The notes under the pieces: model-generated
What the model was told of the DNA's origin: nothing
Databases searched by the model: none
The model's input: the letters and a program-made list of their open reading frames with translations, nothing else
Translations under genes and position numbers: made by a program
DNA from: Oculina patagonica
Taxonomy: Eukaryota
Length of the DNA stretch: 64,000 nt
NCBI RefSeq assembly: GCF_052425735.1
Contig: NC_135763.1
Span: forward strand, 32,736,001-32,800,000
Direction of reading: 5' to 3'
In this document: positions 1 through 14,572 of the stretch, one piece after another
Position numbering within the stretch: position 1 is the first letter of the stretch
How the letters are laid out: each line of letters begins with the position of its first letter

Positions 1-1259
1 CTACTCGGAATAACTGTCTCTTGTCCAGTGATTTTATCGACACCGTCTGAGAAATTTTCGCGATCTGTTGGAATTATTGCTATGAACTGAGGTGACTTAA
101 GTTATTTGTTCTTCCACCATGAACGGCTACAATGCAAAAGGATCCGAAATTGTGTCGTTCAATTAGGAAGTTGAGAATTTTTTCCTCCACAAAGAACGAT
201 TAGAATGCGAAGAAATGCGAAGTGTAAATCACAAAAGTTTGTCTAATGAGATCGACGCTTCTGTCACATGGAAGGTAAAGGTGACAGTGAAGGATCTTTA
301 TGTGCATCTAGGCCCGCACTTTCTAACCTGTGGTTACCACTAGTTTAGGTAATATGCAATAAAAGGGCTATTTCTCTGGTGTTCATAAATGACACAGGCT
401 TGATAGCCTGCGTAGCAGGCGCCGTAGTTTCCAGCGCGCGTATTCTCGCGATCGCGCACTCTTTTAAACACACTAAAAAACGTACACAGATGTCTGTTAC
501 GCTAACTTGAACGGTCAAGGATTATTTGGAGACAAAATTTTTAATCACGTTAACATTACATTTGCCGTTAGAAGCAAACAACTTTTGACTTTCTTGTGTG
601 TATGACATGCAGTAATTTTAGTGAGCGTCGCTTTGAATTGATGTTATTCCTACGCGGAGCGAAAATGCGTGCCAAATAAAATATAAACGGTATTTGATTT
701 GGAATAAATCATCGGTCAAAAATTACTATAAACACAATCAACACTAAAAGGAAGCATTTACCCGACTTCAGCATTCTCATAAGTCAAGAAAACTCTATTT
801 GAAGTCAACAGTCCGTTTTGATTTTCATGTCTCTCTCTTCGATCGTAAATCAAAGGACTCCAAAGTGGAAAGAAAATTCATCGCTTTGAAGACCTTGATG
901 TTCATTTTTTCGGCGGTCGAATATTCTGTAGGGTATTCTCTTTCCTAAAGGTGTATTTATCGGTAAAGGGATGAATGACCACATTGAAAATTTTAACAGC
1001 GAGCCGCGTGGACGCCATTTTGGTCATTTGCTCTCTAGCAAGGAGTGAGAGACTGGGAACCAGTTGGGAAGAACAATACAACCCAAATATGGGGTTTACT
1101 TACACCCAAATATGGTCAAAAAAAAAGTCCCTTACGCAGAACGTAAGATTTTCTCTGCCTATACACTCATACGCACACGGCTCTATGATTCTGCCGCCTC
1201 GACAGCCTCACCTCTTGGCTCGGCTGTCTCGTTGGCAATAAAAACGGCTAACTACCCAA

Positions 1260-1668
1260 CTGAGTGCGAGCGTGAGTGAGTGAGTGAGTTAGTTCTTAAT
1301 TAAAGTGTCAAAACCTTATAGATAGCCTGGGAATAATACACCATACTAATTAAGGGACACTGCTAAGAACTAAAAACTACACTAATACTAATATCAATAC
1401 AATAAAAATATATATAAGTGATATAAAAATGTTATTGTAATCTATGATATAAAAAAATGTTGAAATCTTTAACTAATTTTAAAATTATGACTAAAAAATA
1501 TGACTTGAAAGGCATTATGTGCAGCATAGGATGCAGCCCTTACAGCCGGTGTCCATTAAGCGAGTTATGTCAATTTTGCGAATACAGTTTAGTAAAAGCC
1601 TGCAGTGTCTTGGCTGATCTGTCAGCCGTAGACATTTTGCCCCAAAGTTTGGGTCCTACATAACGCAG
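1260..1668 (-). mobile_element. 3' end of a 5'-truncated CR1/L2-group LINE with (TCAC)n tail
   Basis: The minus strand reads LRYVGPKLWGKMSTADRSAKTLQAF, then after a frameshift IRKIDITRLMDTGCKGCILCCT*. This is the typical RT-ORF C-terminus of this LINE group. An AT-rich 3' UTR and a (GAGT)n microsatellite at ~1260-1290 follow. Confidence 0.7.
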
Positions 1669-2419
1669 AAAAGTGCTTTCCCTCTTCGCCATGTCGAGCA
1701 AGAACCGCGCGTTTCTGCCCTTAGTTTTTCGCGCGGCCATTTTTCTTACATCCTTTTCATTCGCTTCCCCTAGACGAACTAAGGGAAACAGAGACTTCTC
1801 GTAGTTTACATACCCAGTAGCACTTATGTTTGTTTTTAACTTCGACGTGATGTTAAGGTAACAGTTGAATCAAAAGCTTGTATAATCAGTGGCTGAGTGG
1901 GAACGCGGAAATCGAAAGCGGAGATAGGGATAACCTGCTGACGAATGTACGTTTCTTTATAATTGCATCATTGGTCGTGTTCATTCGCGTTTTAGGTACT
2001 TCTATGTTTTAAATGACTGTTGGTTAGCGAGATATGCGGAAATGACGGTGCACTAAAATGGCCTGACGTCAGCATGAATCGCCATGTTCAGCGGACTGTA
2101 AACCTACACTGATCGACATATCAATCCAAGCTCGAGGTGAGTTTGAGTCTGTTATAAGTATTGTAGATTGAAATAGTTGTAAGGAAACCTCCTTTGATAG
2201 CGAGAAAAGAAATTTTGCGCATGCGTTGTGTTTTCTTTATTCGTCTGTCCCTTTACTGATTATGACATACGTCACATTTGATCATTTTCAGGGGCACGCA
2301 ACGAGCAAATTTTACTACAGGTGTCGGAACACCGTTTTTACGTTATAAGTGTCCTTTTTGTGCGATTTAAAGCCTCATTTGTAAATGCTAAGAAAATTGT
2401 ATCTTTTTGGATACGCTAG

Positions 2420-3387
2420 CATTCTCGTTCCCAGAGCCTCCGTTTCTTTTGGTCACGTGGTCGGCGAAACGAAGGGCTCTGGTAACACTGACTACCGGAT
2501 GTCGTAAAATCCACGACATCCGGTAGCGCATGCCCTCTGCATAAATGTTCGTCTGCGCCTGCTCAGTAAAAGAAAGGGGAAGGCTGGGGCTGACTGAGAC
2601 GAGAAGAAAGCGAATTTTGAAAGCTGGTTTTGGCAATTCAAGTCGTTGATATTTTAACTTACACAATTCGATTCGTTTGGAACTCATTGAATTGCATGGC
2701 TGATAGATGTGTTGATGTTGTTGTGTCGACTCTACACGCAATATTATCTGACGGCAGATAGAAAAGTTAGAATCCAGAGGAATTGGAGTTATAGTGTACA
2801 TGGAGTCGTGGATATCATCAGCTGATAACATTCCGACGGTTGATGATACTGTGAAATTTATTTATGGCCATGCGGAGGTATTGTAGAAAATTCAGAACCA
2901 AAAAAGCCGCTGATCGACGACGTATCATTCTATTGAGCAGCGGTAAGAAATATCACATTGAATTTCAAAGTCTTCATGTATTCATGAACTCCTTTTAGTG
3001 TGTATATCTTGTATAAGCTAAGTTGATGGTGCAAATGTTTGCACCATCAAAATGTTTGCAATAAAAAGTTCAACCGAGTTATACCTTGCAAGAGATGTAC
3101 TTGTCATTCGTTCATAAACGAAGGTCTGCTTCGTGAATACGTTATTCCAACAAACTCCCAGTGTTATTCGGTCTTTTTCCGGTAACATTTTCAAACTTTC
3201 CGCTGCATCTTCAATTGTTTCGATGACCGGAAGTATAACCAAAATTGCGTAGAAGCGTTTCGTTTTTTTACCTAATTACGCATGCAGTTTTTATCAGCCA
3301 ATCAAAAAAATCATATTTTTTACCGTTACCAGGGCCACTACGTCATGTCATTTAAAAAAAATACGCGTGGCCCTGGGGAAGAGGATG
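2420..3387. mobile_element. Non-autonomous TIR DNA transposon with 10-bp TSD (AcademH-like termini)
   Basis: Left end CATTCTCGTTCCCAGAGCC; right end GGCCCTGGGGAAGAGGATG (imperfect inverted repeat). GATACGCTAG is duplicated at 2410-2419 and 3388-3397. Confidence 0.8.
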
Positions 3388-4953
3388 GATACGCTAGCTG
3401 AACTTTCAAACTTCAGAAAATTTTAGGGAATGAAATACTATTATCTGAATTTACGAGCCGCCGTTGCCTTCTCGAAAATCGCAGCTGGCCTTTTTGGTAC
3501 CCTAAACGACATTTTTCTCTTTCCGAAACAACAGGCGTTACTTTTCCATTGTCATGAAAGTTTGAGGTATAGAAAACTCTAGTTTTTCGTCAAACTTTTA
3601 TCCGAAAATCGTAGGCAATTATAGGTCTTTCGAACACATATTCACCGAAACGGTCTGTTGGGTGCCTCTGCGTTTTGAACATTTGCTGCAGTTCAACGAG
3701 GTGAAACCGACTGGGTTCACAGATTATTTTGCCTCATTAGCATACTACTTTGCATAGAGAAGGCATCATGCTATATACAAATTCACTCTGTATGTTCAAA
3801 GAGCGTGAGAAACCTAATTATCAGCGATATTAGCTTTCAAAAATTGCAAAATTTCTGGGTGGCAAAAGCGCTAACGAACCCATACATTCTTTGTAAGATT
3901 TGAGTTTTCAAACACGCTTCACAGAAAAAAGTATTTAATACATCAGGCTCAAATTTATAGCGAAAGTTAATCGTGCCAAGTGTCACCAAGTGCATCCAAT
4001 ATTCAGAATTGATATATTTTTAGCTCGATCAGAAACTGAAGCGCTTATGCTAATACGGCAAATATTGTAAACAGAGATTCCACAATAGAGAGGCTGTAAA
4101 CCGTCTTAGGGGGCGAGGGAACCACACAAAATGCCCTGTCCGTCTGAACAGTTTGCTGATATAAATTAAAGGCCATTTCCGAGATGCCTTTCTTCGTCTG
4201 TTGACCTGATTGAGTGCGCATACGTTAAAATTTCCCGCGTTTTTATCACGTGACCACTATTATTATTCGACATTAAAAGAGCTTCTTCAAGCACGTGTAC
4301 GCGGCAAGGCACAGTGAATTCTATGTTGTCGTGTTAACAGCTTCGAGCCATCATTCTTTGCGGTGAGTACTTGAAATATGGGAGATAATAAGTAAAATCA
4401 ACGTTGTGCCGATAATTCAAGCAATATACAAGCGGCTGTTGTACTTTCGACTAAGTTGAATGGAGCGATTGCGCTGGAGTACCTTAGAGGTCGTATTCGT
4501 AAGACGACGGGGCTGCTCAAAAGCACGAAAAATTTCGTGGGCAGGATAGTATATTTACAGGTCATTTAACAACACAATGAAAGACCTCAAAGAAGAAGTT
4601 TTACACCAGTCTACTACTTAAGATTAATGTTTCAAATCCATACAAAAACACACCAGTACATGTATGTTGTCTTGTACGATTTAGTTCAAATTATGCGAAC
4701 ATCACACAATCCTGTCACAAACAGCTCATGCAGTTCTCAGTGGTCATTGCATTTCTGAATTCACCTTTTCCATGTGGTTTTGCCTTTTTAAATTTTTAAA
4801 TTTTCTGTACTTTTTTCGTTTTTAAATTTTTAAAATCTTACAGGACCCCTATAATCACAGAACTGGGTTTAGCCAACCAATTAACGAATCTTTTTTAAAA
4901 GATTCGTTAATTAAGAGGATTGCACAATGCTGCAGACTGCTACTGTCTGAGGC

Positions 4954-5825
4954 TAAGGTGCTGACACCCGAAGGACATGTTACAGGGAGATGCCGTAGGG
5001 ACAAAATCACAATGTTTACACACACAAGGATTTGTAGCAGAAAACACGTTGCAGCAACACGTCCCCCTGAAAAGGATCAGCAACATGTCCGCCTCATTTT
5101 CTTGTGTGTACGTGACGTTGGCATTTTGTACGAGGGTCTGAATGGGGTTAAGACAAAGGGCGAAAAATTTAACTGAAAGCCGACAAAGTAAGATTTCCGA
5201 TTTTTATTATTTCACACTATTTACAACAATTAAACAATATTACACACTATTCAGTACAGAAAATACATTAATTAAAATAAGGAAAATATAACAATACATA
5301 GAGCCAAAATAAAATGTGCTCAGTGACCAAAGAAGCATATGCTATCGTGTTGGTCCCTGGCACGTTAAAAAAACAAACAAGACACATCAACTACTAGAAA
5401 TAATAGAATATGAATATCGAAAGTATGCATAATAAACATGTTTAAGGATTAATAAATTAATCATAAATATAAGCCATATGCAGAATACAACGAAATAATG
5501 CACAAGAGTAAGATTGAGTATTAAGGAGGTATAGTTTATAGTGCTTGTAAAATTTAATTAAAAGTAATTTAATTTTAACTGACTACTGACCGACATGAGG
5601 ACCCTCCAATTCGTGAGGGTGACTAGCGTACAAATTACGTGACTAGCGACAAATTAAAGGGCGAAAAATATACCTGACAACAACCGACAAAGTAATAACA
5701 TTTTTAAAACTGACTACCGACATGTGGACCCCCCCCCCCTGCCCCGCCCCCATTCATACCCTCTTGTACCTAAAACATGCTGCAGCATGTCCCTGCGACA
5801 TGTTCCTTCAAGTGTTAGCGCTTTA
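4954..5825. mobile_element. MITE (TAA..TTA ends, PIF/Harbinger-like) interrupted by a nested element
   Basis: TAAGGTGCTGACAC..GAAGGACATGTTACAGGGA at the left end is an imperfect inverse of TCCCTGCGACATGTTCCTTCAAGTGTTAGCGCTTTA at the right end. Confidence 0.6.
5132..5763. mobile_element. Nested TIR element with 6-bp TSD
   Basis: Inverted ends GAGGGTCTGAATGGGG ... CCCCATTCATACCCTC. TTGTAC is duplicated at 5126-5131 and 5764-5769. Confidence 0.7.
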
Positions 5826-6910
5826 AAATCCAATGTCCACCCCAGGTCCATTCCATACATTCTCATTTCCTGAGGTGCTCATTATATTAAATGCGGAATT
5901 TTTTAGAGTATCGATAACCCAGATAACCTCGAACATTAGGGTTTCGAATTCCATTAATAACTCGACACTGAAGATTTCTGCTGGAGATCAAAAAACAAAA
6001 CAGCAAACCACAGTATCCAGTCGCGTTTTGGGAAAATGAGCCCGCGAAATCGAACCTTGCTTCGTTCAGGTAGACTTTCTAAAAGTCGTTCGCTTCTCGT
6101 TTCCGGTTTGGTGGTAGTAGACCCCGGTGCGAACGCTCCGCGCTCGAGCACTCGCGCTCTCCGCTCGCTTTCGCTCTCTGCGCTCTGTGTGCTCTCTTCG
6201 CGCTCTTTGAGTTCGACTTGTAGGCAAGTCTACGTTCAGGTAGAAATGATGCAGAGAAAGCTCCCGTTGTTTGCTACTTGTCGAGACTGACAGATTTAGA
6301 TTGACAACCCAATGTTTAATTATTTTGTTCACAAGGCCACAAGGCGTTCTGCATGATAAATGATCTGAAACTGAAATAGAATTTCCTTTTGTCAACAGTA
6401 ATTAAATTTTCCAACCACATAAACAAAAGAGTCTGAACTCTTTATCGTTCTTTGTTGAACAGCGCGAACCTTCACAAACAGTGAATGCAGTTTTTTCTGG
6501 GGGGGGGGGGGGGTGCTGGACGACACGGATTATCGGCTTTTTGATACTTATGTATGTGTGCATAGACGCCTACAGACGTTCACTGCATTGTCTTTTCTCA
6601 GACATAATACGGTATCCTGTGTGAATTGTCTAAAGATAACTTTATTGCCACTGACAAAGAAATATTTTCTGTGGGAAAGGTCGCCTTACTGGTATTTAGG
6701 TTTCATTTTCGTTTTGTCACTATAAAACATCCCTCTGTGCTCAATTGGACCCAAAAAAACCAGCAACTAAGGTAATTTTCAGTCTTTCTTTGAAAAAAAA
6801 AATCATCTTTTTCCTTTTGCACTCTATTCGCAGTTTCATCTCTTGCCTGGACAGCTGAAGGCTCGTATTACCTTGCACTAATAGCTACCAAACCAAATAC
6901 TGAGTCTTTT

Positions 6911-7063
6911 CAGTTGGTTAGAGCGCCAACCGGTATCTGGGAGGCCATGGGTTCGATTCCCGTCGGGGACTCAGATTTTTTCTTTGTCCCACGCTCGTGT
7001 CATGTAGAATAATTTCTTCACTATTTATCACCGAGCTTAAAATCTACCATCTTTATTATTTAT
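6911..7063 (+). mobile_element. tRNA-derived SINE with 13-bp TSD
   Basis: Partial A box (CAGTTGGTTAGAGC), B box (GGTTCGATTCC) and a (TTA)-rich tail. TACTGAGTCTTTT is duplicated at 6898-6910 and 7064-7076. Confidence 0.85.
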
Positions 7064-10000
7064 TACTGAGTCTTTTGTTTTGCAATATGTAAAAAATTTC
7101 CAGGGTCCTCTCTGTTCCTTTCTCAAGAAGTACTTTAATGGCTAGTGAAATTTTACCTCTTAAACAAAGAACATATATTTCCAGAAACAAGAAGAGCAGC
7201 TCATAATTACTACAACCGCAAAGTTTCAGCGTACTTGGTTGAACGTTGGAAGAGTGGGGTCAATTTGGAAAACTGGCCACGCCAATCGAGCGTTCCTTTT
7301 AAGGTCTTTTAAAAGAGACCGTGAAACATTTTTTCTATGAAACTGCTCGAAAATATACAAATATGTGGGATATTTTTTTTCAGCGTCGACCAGTAGTAGT
7401 TTTGGTCATTGATAGTCGTACATTTTTTTCGTTGGGGTTTTGATATTTTGGGCCTTTACTCGGCAGACAAACCAACTCTAGAACTCGTGAACTTTCCTTA
7501 CTCCAGTTATCATCAACTGAGTGCCAGCAAGATAAGACAAAACATAAATACTATATCGCAAGTTAAACTCACTGATAATGGGTTAATCAGAGGATTTAAA
7601 TTTACGTCTGCCTGTCAATTATGGTATCTGTGCATTCTTGATTCTAGAATTGGAAGCCAACTAATAATTTTCATGTGGTACTTTTTTTTCTAGCCATCTA
7701 ATCGATTCAGCTCTTATGACCACAAAGTGTCAGGCGGGAGCGAGAAAAGCACCACGACAACCTAAGCGACTGGAGAGAAGAATCAAGGCACAAAGTAGGA
7801 CTTGAAAGGTAAGCTAACGGACTGCCAGCGAACCATATTATTCCTTCTGTAATAGTCGAGGGATCGGTGAGCCATAGAACGCTGGAATGACGTTCTTTGG
7901 GGAGGAACGCGCGACAAGCCCAAAGAACGTCTGCGTAGGAACAATGTAGGAGAAAACCAAATCGTATTATTACAACTTGGTGACGCTTACGCAGGCATTT
8001 GACATTAGGATATGTGGAAAATTTTCCGAGACAGTAGTATGTGGCATGTTGAAGTTCAGTACTTGCGTCAAGTAAACCGTCGGAAGTCGGAAGGGTTGGT
8101 TTACCGCAATCGATGAGGGTGCCCTCCTTGCGCCTTTCTTGCAACCGAAATCTGAAGTCAAGTGCAATTCTAGTCGTACCTCCATAGCAATTATGTCACC
8201 ACACGCGAGGGGTGAGAGATCCCAATACTATGTAATATATTATACTCTCATTAATGCACATTTCAAGTCTTTGCATTAAATTGAAAATAAATAAAACTTC
8301 TCAAACAAATGCGGAAGCATCTGCGCGGGATGGTTTCATCATCAACACTTTTATCTTGATTTTTTTATTAAAATACCCTTTAATGCGATCGGAAACCAAG
8401 AAATGATCTGAATTACGCAATGACCTCGCAAAAATGACAAATTTATTAGTCTTGATAAACACGTCAGAAGTGAATTTTAAAATTTCGCTGCTGGTCTTGA
8501 TCTTCAATGGGACTTTTTGAATGTCAAGGAAGTCAAGCTGAGGCAAATAAGGAAAGCGCACAGTTGCGTGATCTCACAATCAGGATCTTTGTCAAGTATT
8601 AAAGTCAAGATATCACAAATTTACTTAGGAAAATACAACTTTTTTAAAATCTTACATCGCAATCTTTCGGTGCTTTCTTTTGTTAGTAGTCTTAGTACAG
8701 TGCGCATACGTTTTGCACATCGCGAGACTGAACCCTGGGTGTTTACCGTTAAACAGAAAGCGTGATAGTACATTTGTTTTTATGACATGCGTATACTACC
8801 GGGCACTAATAAAAGAAAGCACCGTCCTTAATAGCTTCTCAGAAAGTCTTAAGTATAAAGTCCGAAGTCCTTAAAGGCAAGGTCTTATCTGACCCTACAA
8901 TGCAAAAACAGCTACTACAACTTTGAATCGCATAGCTTTTAATGTACATTGCAATATACAGTACTCCAGAAAGGTGGATTAAATAAGAGGTAACAGTTTT
9001 CAGATAAAAGATAATCGATTACACTATTCTGCTGCGTCAGCGGTAAGTGAAACGCTTTGCATTCGTGATTTATATCAACTTGAAGTTGTCAAAATCAACC
9101 GCTTTGGCGAGCTGTGGCGAATTTGGAAAGCAGCCCTTTGTCAAAACAAACGAACAAAAACGACGCTTCATCACCAAACCAAACGACCAGGGCCAAACGT
9201 TCGACGATGGCTCCGCTGATGCTCAAAACGTCAGCGTGCCAAATTTCCAACGGCGGTCGTTTACCTTTCTAAGAAAAAATAAAATATTTCACTTCTTCGA
9301 AACAAAACCGATAACGAAGAAACCTTCGAGACACAGATGACTTCAAGGAAAATGCAAATAAAATATTGCGGGGGTATTATTAAAGTTTCATGACTGTAAA
9401 CGATTTTGACATTAAGAAACCGAAAGCGATGCACATGTTTATTTTAATAAACCGGGGATTTTTCCCGTTACTTTCGGTTATCTGTGTACTATAACGGGTG
9501 TACCAACTGCTGTCGAAATCCTAAAACATTTTTTGTCTTGATCACTACAAGAAAAAAAAGTGCCCCACTACTTTAGTGTTGCTGTAAAATTTACCTTAAA
9601 AAAAACCCTCGAGGAACTATTTGTTCAGTTTCGTTTAGTTTGTTGATGTATTCCGAATAGACCGAATATATAATAGTTTAGCATGCAAACCGAAACTTGC
9701 TTATTTGTCAAACGCACTATTTTATGGACAGATGCCTAAAGCCACAGTACTATCAAGATTGAAGCCATAATATTTTGAAACTCTCGTGTTTTGTCGCCGG
9801 TTCGGCTCGGTTTTTCGGTAGTAGTTTGAATGATATGAAATTACTAGCTGTCGGCGTTGATAGTGAAGCCAGATTAAATGTGGCATTTCTTGAAGCTGTT
9901 GGTTTGTAAACTTTCATTTTGATCACAAATTTTTAACTGCTTGTTCATCTCCATACTCAGATTGCCGCTTGGCAACTAAAAGGAAAATGGTAAGAGTGAT

Positions 10001-13000
10001 AACTCAAGTCTCGATGTGTTCAATTGATGCCGTTTTAATACGCTCAAATATATTATACTTGTTGTCGTTTTGTATAAACGACACCCAGCGGTGTTTTCAT
10101 TTGAACGATTCGCTACTTTGACCTGACTCCCGTTTCCGCCTTTTTTCTGAGAAACTGCAGCCGGACGCTGTTTTTGATTATCAGACGCTGACGTTGCAAT
10201 TCTTGTTTATGCTTTGCTGGGCCGGAGCTTGCAAAAATATGCCGTTCATGTAAAAAAGAAATATATATATACACATGTGAACTGCGGATAAGCAGCGCAA
10301 GCTCATCTTACTCGTAAAAGAAAGGGTGGTTAGGTCTGTTTTCTTCAGGCTAAACTGAAGAAAAGAAGCAGTGAAGCGAAACTGGTTTGGTTTGCTCTTA
10401 GGTTTCAAAGCGGAAAGAAAGCCGACCTTGCAATCACAGCTCTCTGAAACTCAGCTGTTGCAAGCTACGCTGTCTCTTCTCGATCTGATCGTATCGAACC
10501 ACATACATTTGCAAGGTACGCCATTATGACTGTATATATGTAGACTAAGGGTGATTGACCTGAGACGTTTTAACATATTTTGATGCGGCAACATACAGCA
10601 GGTTTCTTAACTGTCTTCAAATATCTGCAATCTTGTTATTCAAAATTTTAAGATTGCACTAAAAACAGACGTCAAAATATACAGTAAAATTTCGAAAAAC
10701 TGAACTGACCTATTGGGCCTGTTTCAGGTGGGTTTATTTTCAAATAGCGCTTGTAGATGTCGGGTCTTTTTCTCGGGTGGAAATTTGCGTTTAAAAACTC
10801 TTTGGTATCGGTGGTGTTCGTTCTTTAGAGTGAAAAACGTTTCTCGCGGGAAATTGTTTTGCCTTGTTTTCATTTTCTTTCTTCGTGAAAAAATCGCAAA
10901 AATTTGTAATCTGGCTATTGTGGTAAAGTACCGCCGCCGCATTTACAATCGATCCGACGCTAAGCGGAAAGCGTTATGTCTCCCCCAGCAGTTTCAAAAA
11001 AAGGCCTCTGAATCATCTGATAGACTTTTGTCCGCGAATTTGACGGCCGGTCTGTGGGAGCGGATACACCGAACATCGCCGGAGACCTCTCCACCTCATG
11101 CGAGAAAAGTTTGTAAATTTTTTTGTTTTCTACTTTTATCTTCGGGTGACCACTTCTTGGATTCTGCAGGAGGGAAACTGTAGACCTTGAACTTCAAACT
11201 CGTTACTTAGAAATTAAGTAGTAGAGTGTTTGTACGGAAATTGGGTTTGGATTATTAGTCTAACGCAAGATACCTGTCAAAAGATTTGAGGGGTTTCATC
11301 AAGTTGTTCTGGGAAGAGTTCAGTCGCGATTTTTGGAATGAGTTTTATTTTTTCTTGCTTTTTATAAAAAAATGTTAAATGAAGTAAAAGGGGAGACAAA
11401 TGTATGAAAAATTAAAATCACAGCAGAACACTTCTCAGCAACTTCTAAGTCCCCAAATTTGGTCAATCAAATATTATGCTAAATATATAGCTTTGAGGAT
11501 GAAGTGATTTTCATCGGATCCCGCGCGGCCGTGACCATACATGGATTACAACGATTACAATTTTTTCGCGCTGACCCTCACGTAGCAGAAAAAATTATTG
11601 CAAGTCTTCTTGTCATTTAAACTGGGGCAATTGCGCAAATAGCGGCCGATTGATTTGAAAGCTTTTTGTGGTTCTTGTGGTTTTTTACTTCCTGCCTTGT
11701 GAACATTCCTTCATACACAAACTGAGAACCATTTGGAACCTCCAAAGAACGCATGTTGTGATCTTTGCCTTGAACAAGACGGTGAGGAATTGAAAAAAAA
11801 ATTAGTGCTACTCTTATCCGTACTAATTTTCGCGGGACCTCAATTTTGCGAACTGGATGAAACAGCTAGGCCGCCTTTTCCAGAGAATTTTGCGAGACGA
11901 AGATTTCGCCATTTGGCAGAAAATCCTGTTGAAAGGAGCTAAATTGCGCGAAAATTTACCAAACACCTTTTAGTGTTAACAAACATGCAGTAGCCGCCTC
12001 AAGCAATGATACTAAACGTGCAGAACCAAAACATAACTTAAAGGATGGTATGTAGGTTTGGGACAACGAAAAACGTTATAATACACGGGTCAGCATTTGT
12101 AATATGTCATCTCTGTGGAAAGTTTTATAAGAGAATCTTACTAATACAGCAGACAGAGTACTAAATTTCGCGTCATTAATTAATGGCGGGAATTCGCAGG
12201 AGTCTTAAATTTCGCGATTTTTCAGATTTTTGCTATGAAAATTTAACAGTACGAATTGAAAAAGATAATCAAAAGGCCCTAATGGCAAGGCAGTCTAAGC
12301 CTTGTGTTACAAAAGTTCAGTATTAACGAGCCTCCTCGGGTTGATATTGTGCCTAGTGGTAAGGTGTTTTTCTAGTAGTAATTAAGGTGCAAAGGTATTG
12401 GCCACTTTGCAATGATGAGAATTCATCCATTTTTTGTTTATCCATTTGTTCTTGCAGATCTCTGGTAGGGCACTTATTTAAGCTTTAAGGAGGTGAGTAA
12501 TTAAAAAGAAATTGGCGTATTCTTTTCCCTTGTAGATAAGCCTGAACATTTAAATTCAGTCTTGTTTGAATGCCGACGTGTTAAAGATCCATATTGGCTC
12601 TTTTCGTTTTGCTTTATTGCTAAGTTATCCGACATTTACAGTTTTAGTCCGTTCATCGGAGAATTGGACTTTTATCATTTATCTTGCTTCTTTGTCTTTA
12701 CAACACTTATTTAAGCTTAAAACTGATACCATTTGAATCCTACACATAAGGTGCGTTCCTTTTAGCAAGATATGTCAGAATACGAACATCTCTTTGCATT
12801 GTTAGACAGTAATTTTGGTCAGCTTTGGCATACATTTTCTCTTAAATTAACTGAAAACTTGACTCAAATGTACGTATGTAATTTAAGAAAGTTTGACTGA
12901 GTAGATTCAAGAATCTGATTCACTCCTTGATAAACATCAATTACGTTTACAGAATGCAATGACAGTGTAAAATTCTTGAAAGGCGAGATCAAAGTTCTCT

Positions 13001-13164
13001 CTAGTTAGTTTTGGTACTAATATCGGTAAATAAAAATAGTGTTTATAAAGAAAATGAACAAAAAACGTAATTAATGTAATGGCCACCACCTTGGCATTTA
13101 TCTTCAATAATATAATTGTAGGTTCCAACGTAATGAATCCCGGCTATTTCTTAAATGACTGATC

Positions 13165-13167
<3 letters not shown>

Positions 13168-13198
<31 letters not shown>
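13168..13198. repeat. (TTA)n microsatellite
   Basis: About 10 TTA units. Confidence 0.9.
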
Positions 13199-13199
<1 letters not shown>

Positions 13200-14572
13200 T
13201 TTTGAGTTTTTCCTTCTGATCAATGAATTTTGGGAATTTCGCCAAAACGATTTCCCATATTGGTTAAATGGCGCCCGAGTGTTTATCGTTCGAGACGAAC
13301 TTTTAAGTTTATATATTGATTTCCCCATACTGGGTGTTTTCCTTTTGATAGTCATGTTCACTCAAGTGATAACAAGATCTCGCACTGAACTGTCCTTATT
13401 GAGGACTCATTTCAAGTATATCAGGTCTTTCAGTACTCTCTCATAGGACTCCTTGCCACTTTTTAAAGTTATGTTATCTTTAATTTTGGTTTTGTACTCT
13501 TAAAAATATTGTGTGGGCAAAGCGATAACAGGTTGTTGCTATCCTGATTCAGGTGTTAGAAGTGTTAAAAATACACAAGCTGCGTTGTTTAAGCTTTCTA
13601 CCAAAATACGCCAACAAAATCATGCAAGGCCCCTATAACATTCGATTGCAAACTAGATCTAGGTAAGCATGCCGTATATATATTTTTCGCACTGTGCTGA
13701 ACAACAATACTGAAGGACGACAAGAACAACAATTTATTGTGGTATTAGCTAAGCATTAAGTTATTTTTTATTATGCTCATTATTTATACAGTAGTGCTGA
13801 GTACATTACCTGCTTACAATACGTTACCGACTGGCTACATTAATTATAAATAACTCACTCCGCACTGATAGAATACTTATTTACAATACAATACTTCAGT
13901 TACTATACTTGTTTACCATACGTTACTAACATACGTACAGTGCAGTACTTGCTTACTTACATTACATTACTTTTTTTACAGTACAATACTTCCTTTTATA
14001 CATTACTCACACCAAGCTCATTTGTTAAGTAATTACTAAATTCGGGAATAAGTCCCGCGGTGAAAAACTTTCTTTTTCGTCATCTTTATTTCAAAGTAAA
14101 ACTGAAAAAAGTCGCAAATCTTTGAGGAAAATCGGTGACGGGCCAAGCTTAACAACGTTTTATGAAGATCATTACACTATTGCAGGGATTCTTCAGATTA
14201 AGTTATTAAAGCTTGACATTCTGGAAATAATAGAAATGACCACTGTATGTTCCATATGGAATCACTCTCGCCGCAAAAATCAAATTGTAGGTCACACGTT
14301 ACCCCAGAACCATTCAGTTCCTTAAAAGGTTGTAGGATTGAATGTAGCAGCTTGAAATTAATCATCAGCGCTCTCTCAGTGGGTTCTATATTTATGTACA
14401 CCACAACCTCATCCCCAGGGCACAATTATTTTAAAAATTTGCTTACAGTGCATTTTTCTCTGGCCCCATCCCTCCTGCTCCCGGGATTTTCGTGTATATA
14501 ATTGTAAAATTAAAAAAATAATAATAAAATAAATGGCGTCACTGATTCTAAAATCTCTACACATAGGCTTAC

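Noticed and set aside
404-1259. TAGCCTGCG-started element related to the 44 kb transposon
   Set aside because: The left end is recognisable, but the right end is degenerate and no TSD was found.
6911-6975. Functional tRNA gene (also at 50846 and 55663)
   Set aside because: No complete cloverleaf or acceptor stem. Two continue into SINE bodies, and one has a TSD.
12200-13700. Possible decayed coding or retroelement sequence on the minus strand
   Set aside because: No recognisable protein motif in any frame I read.
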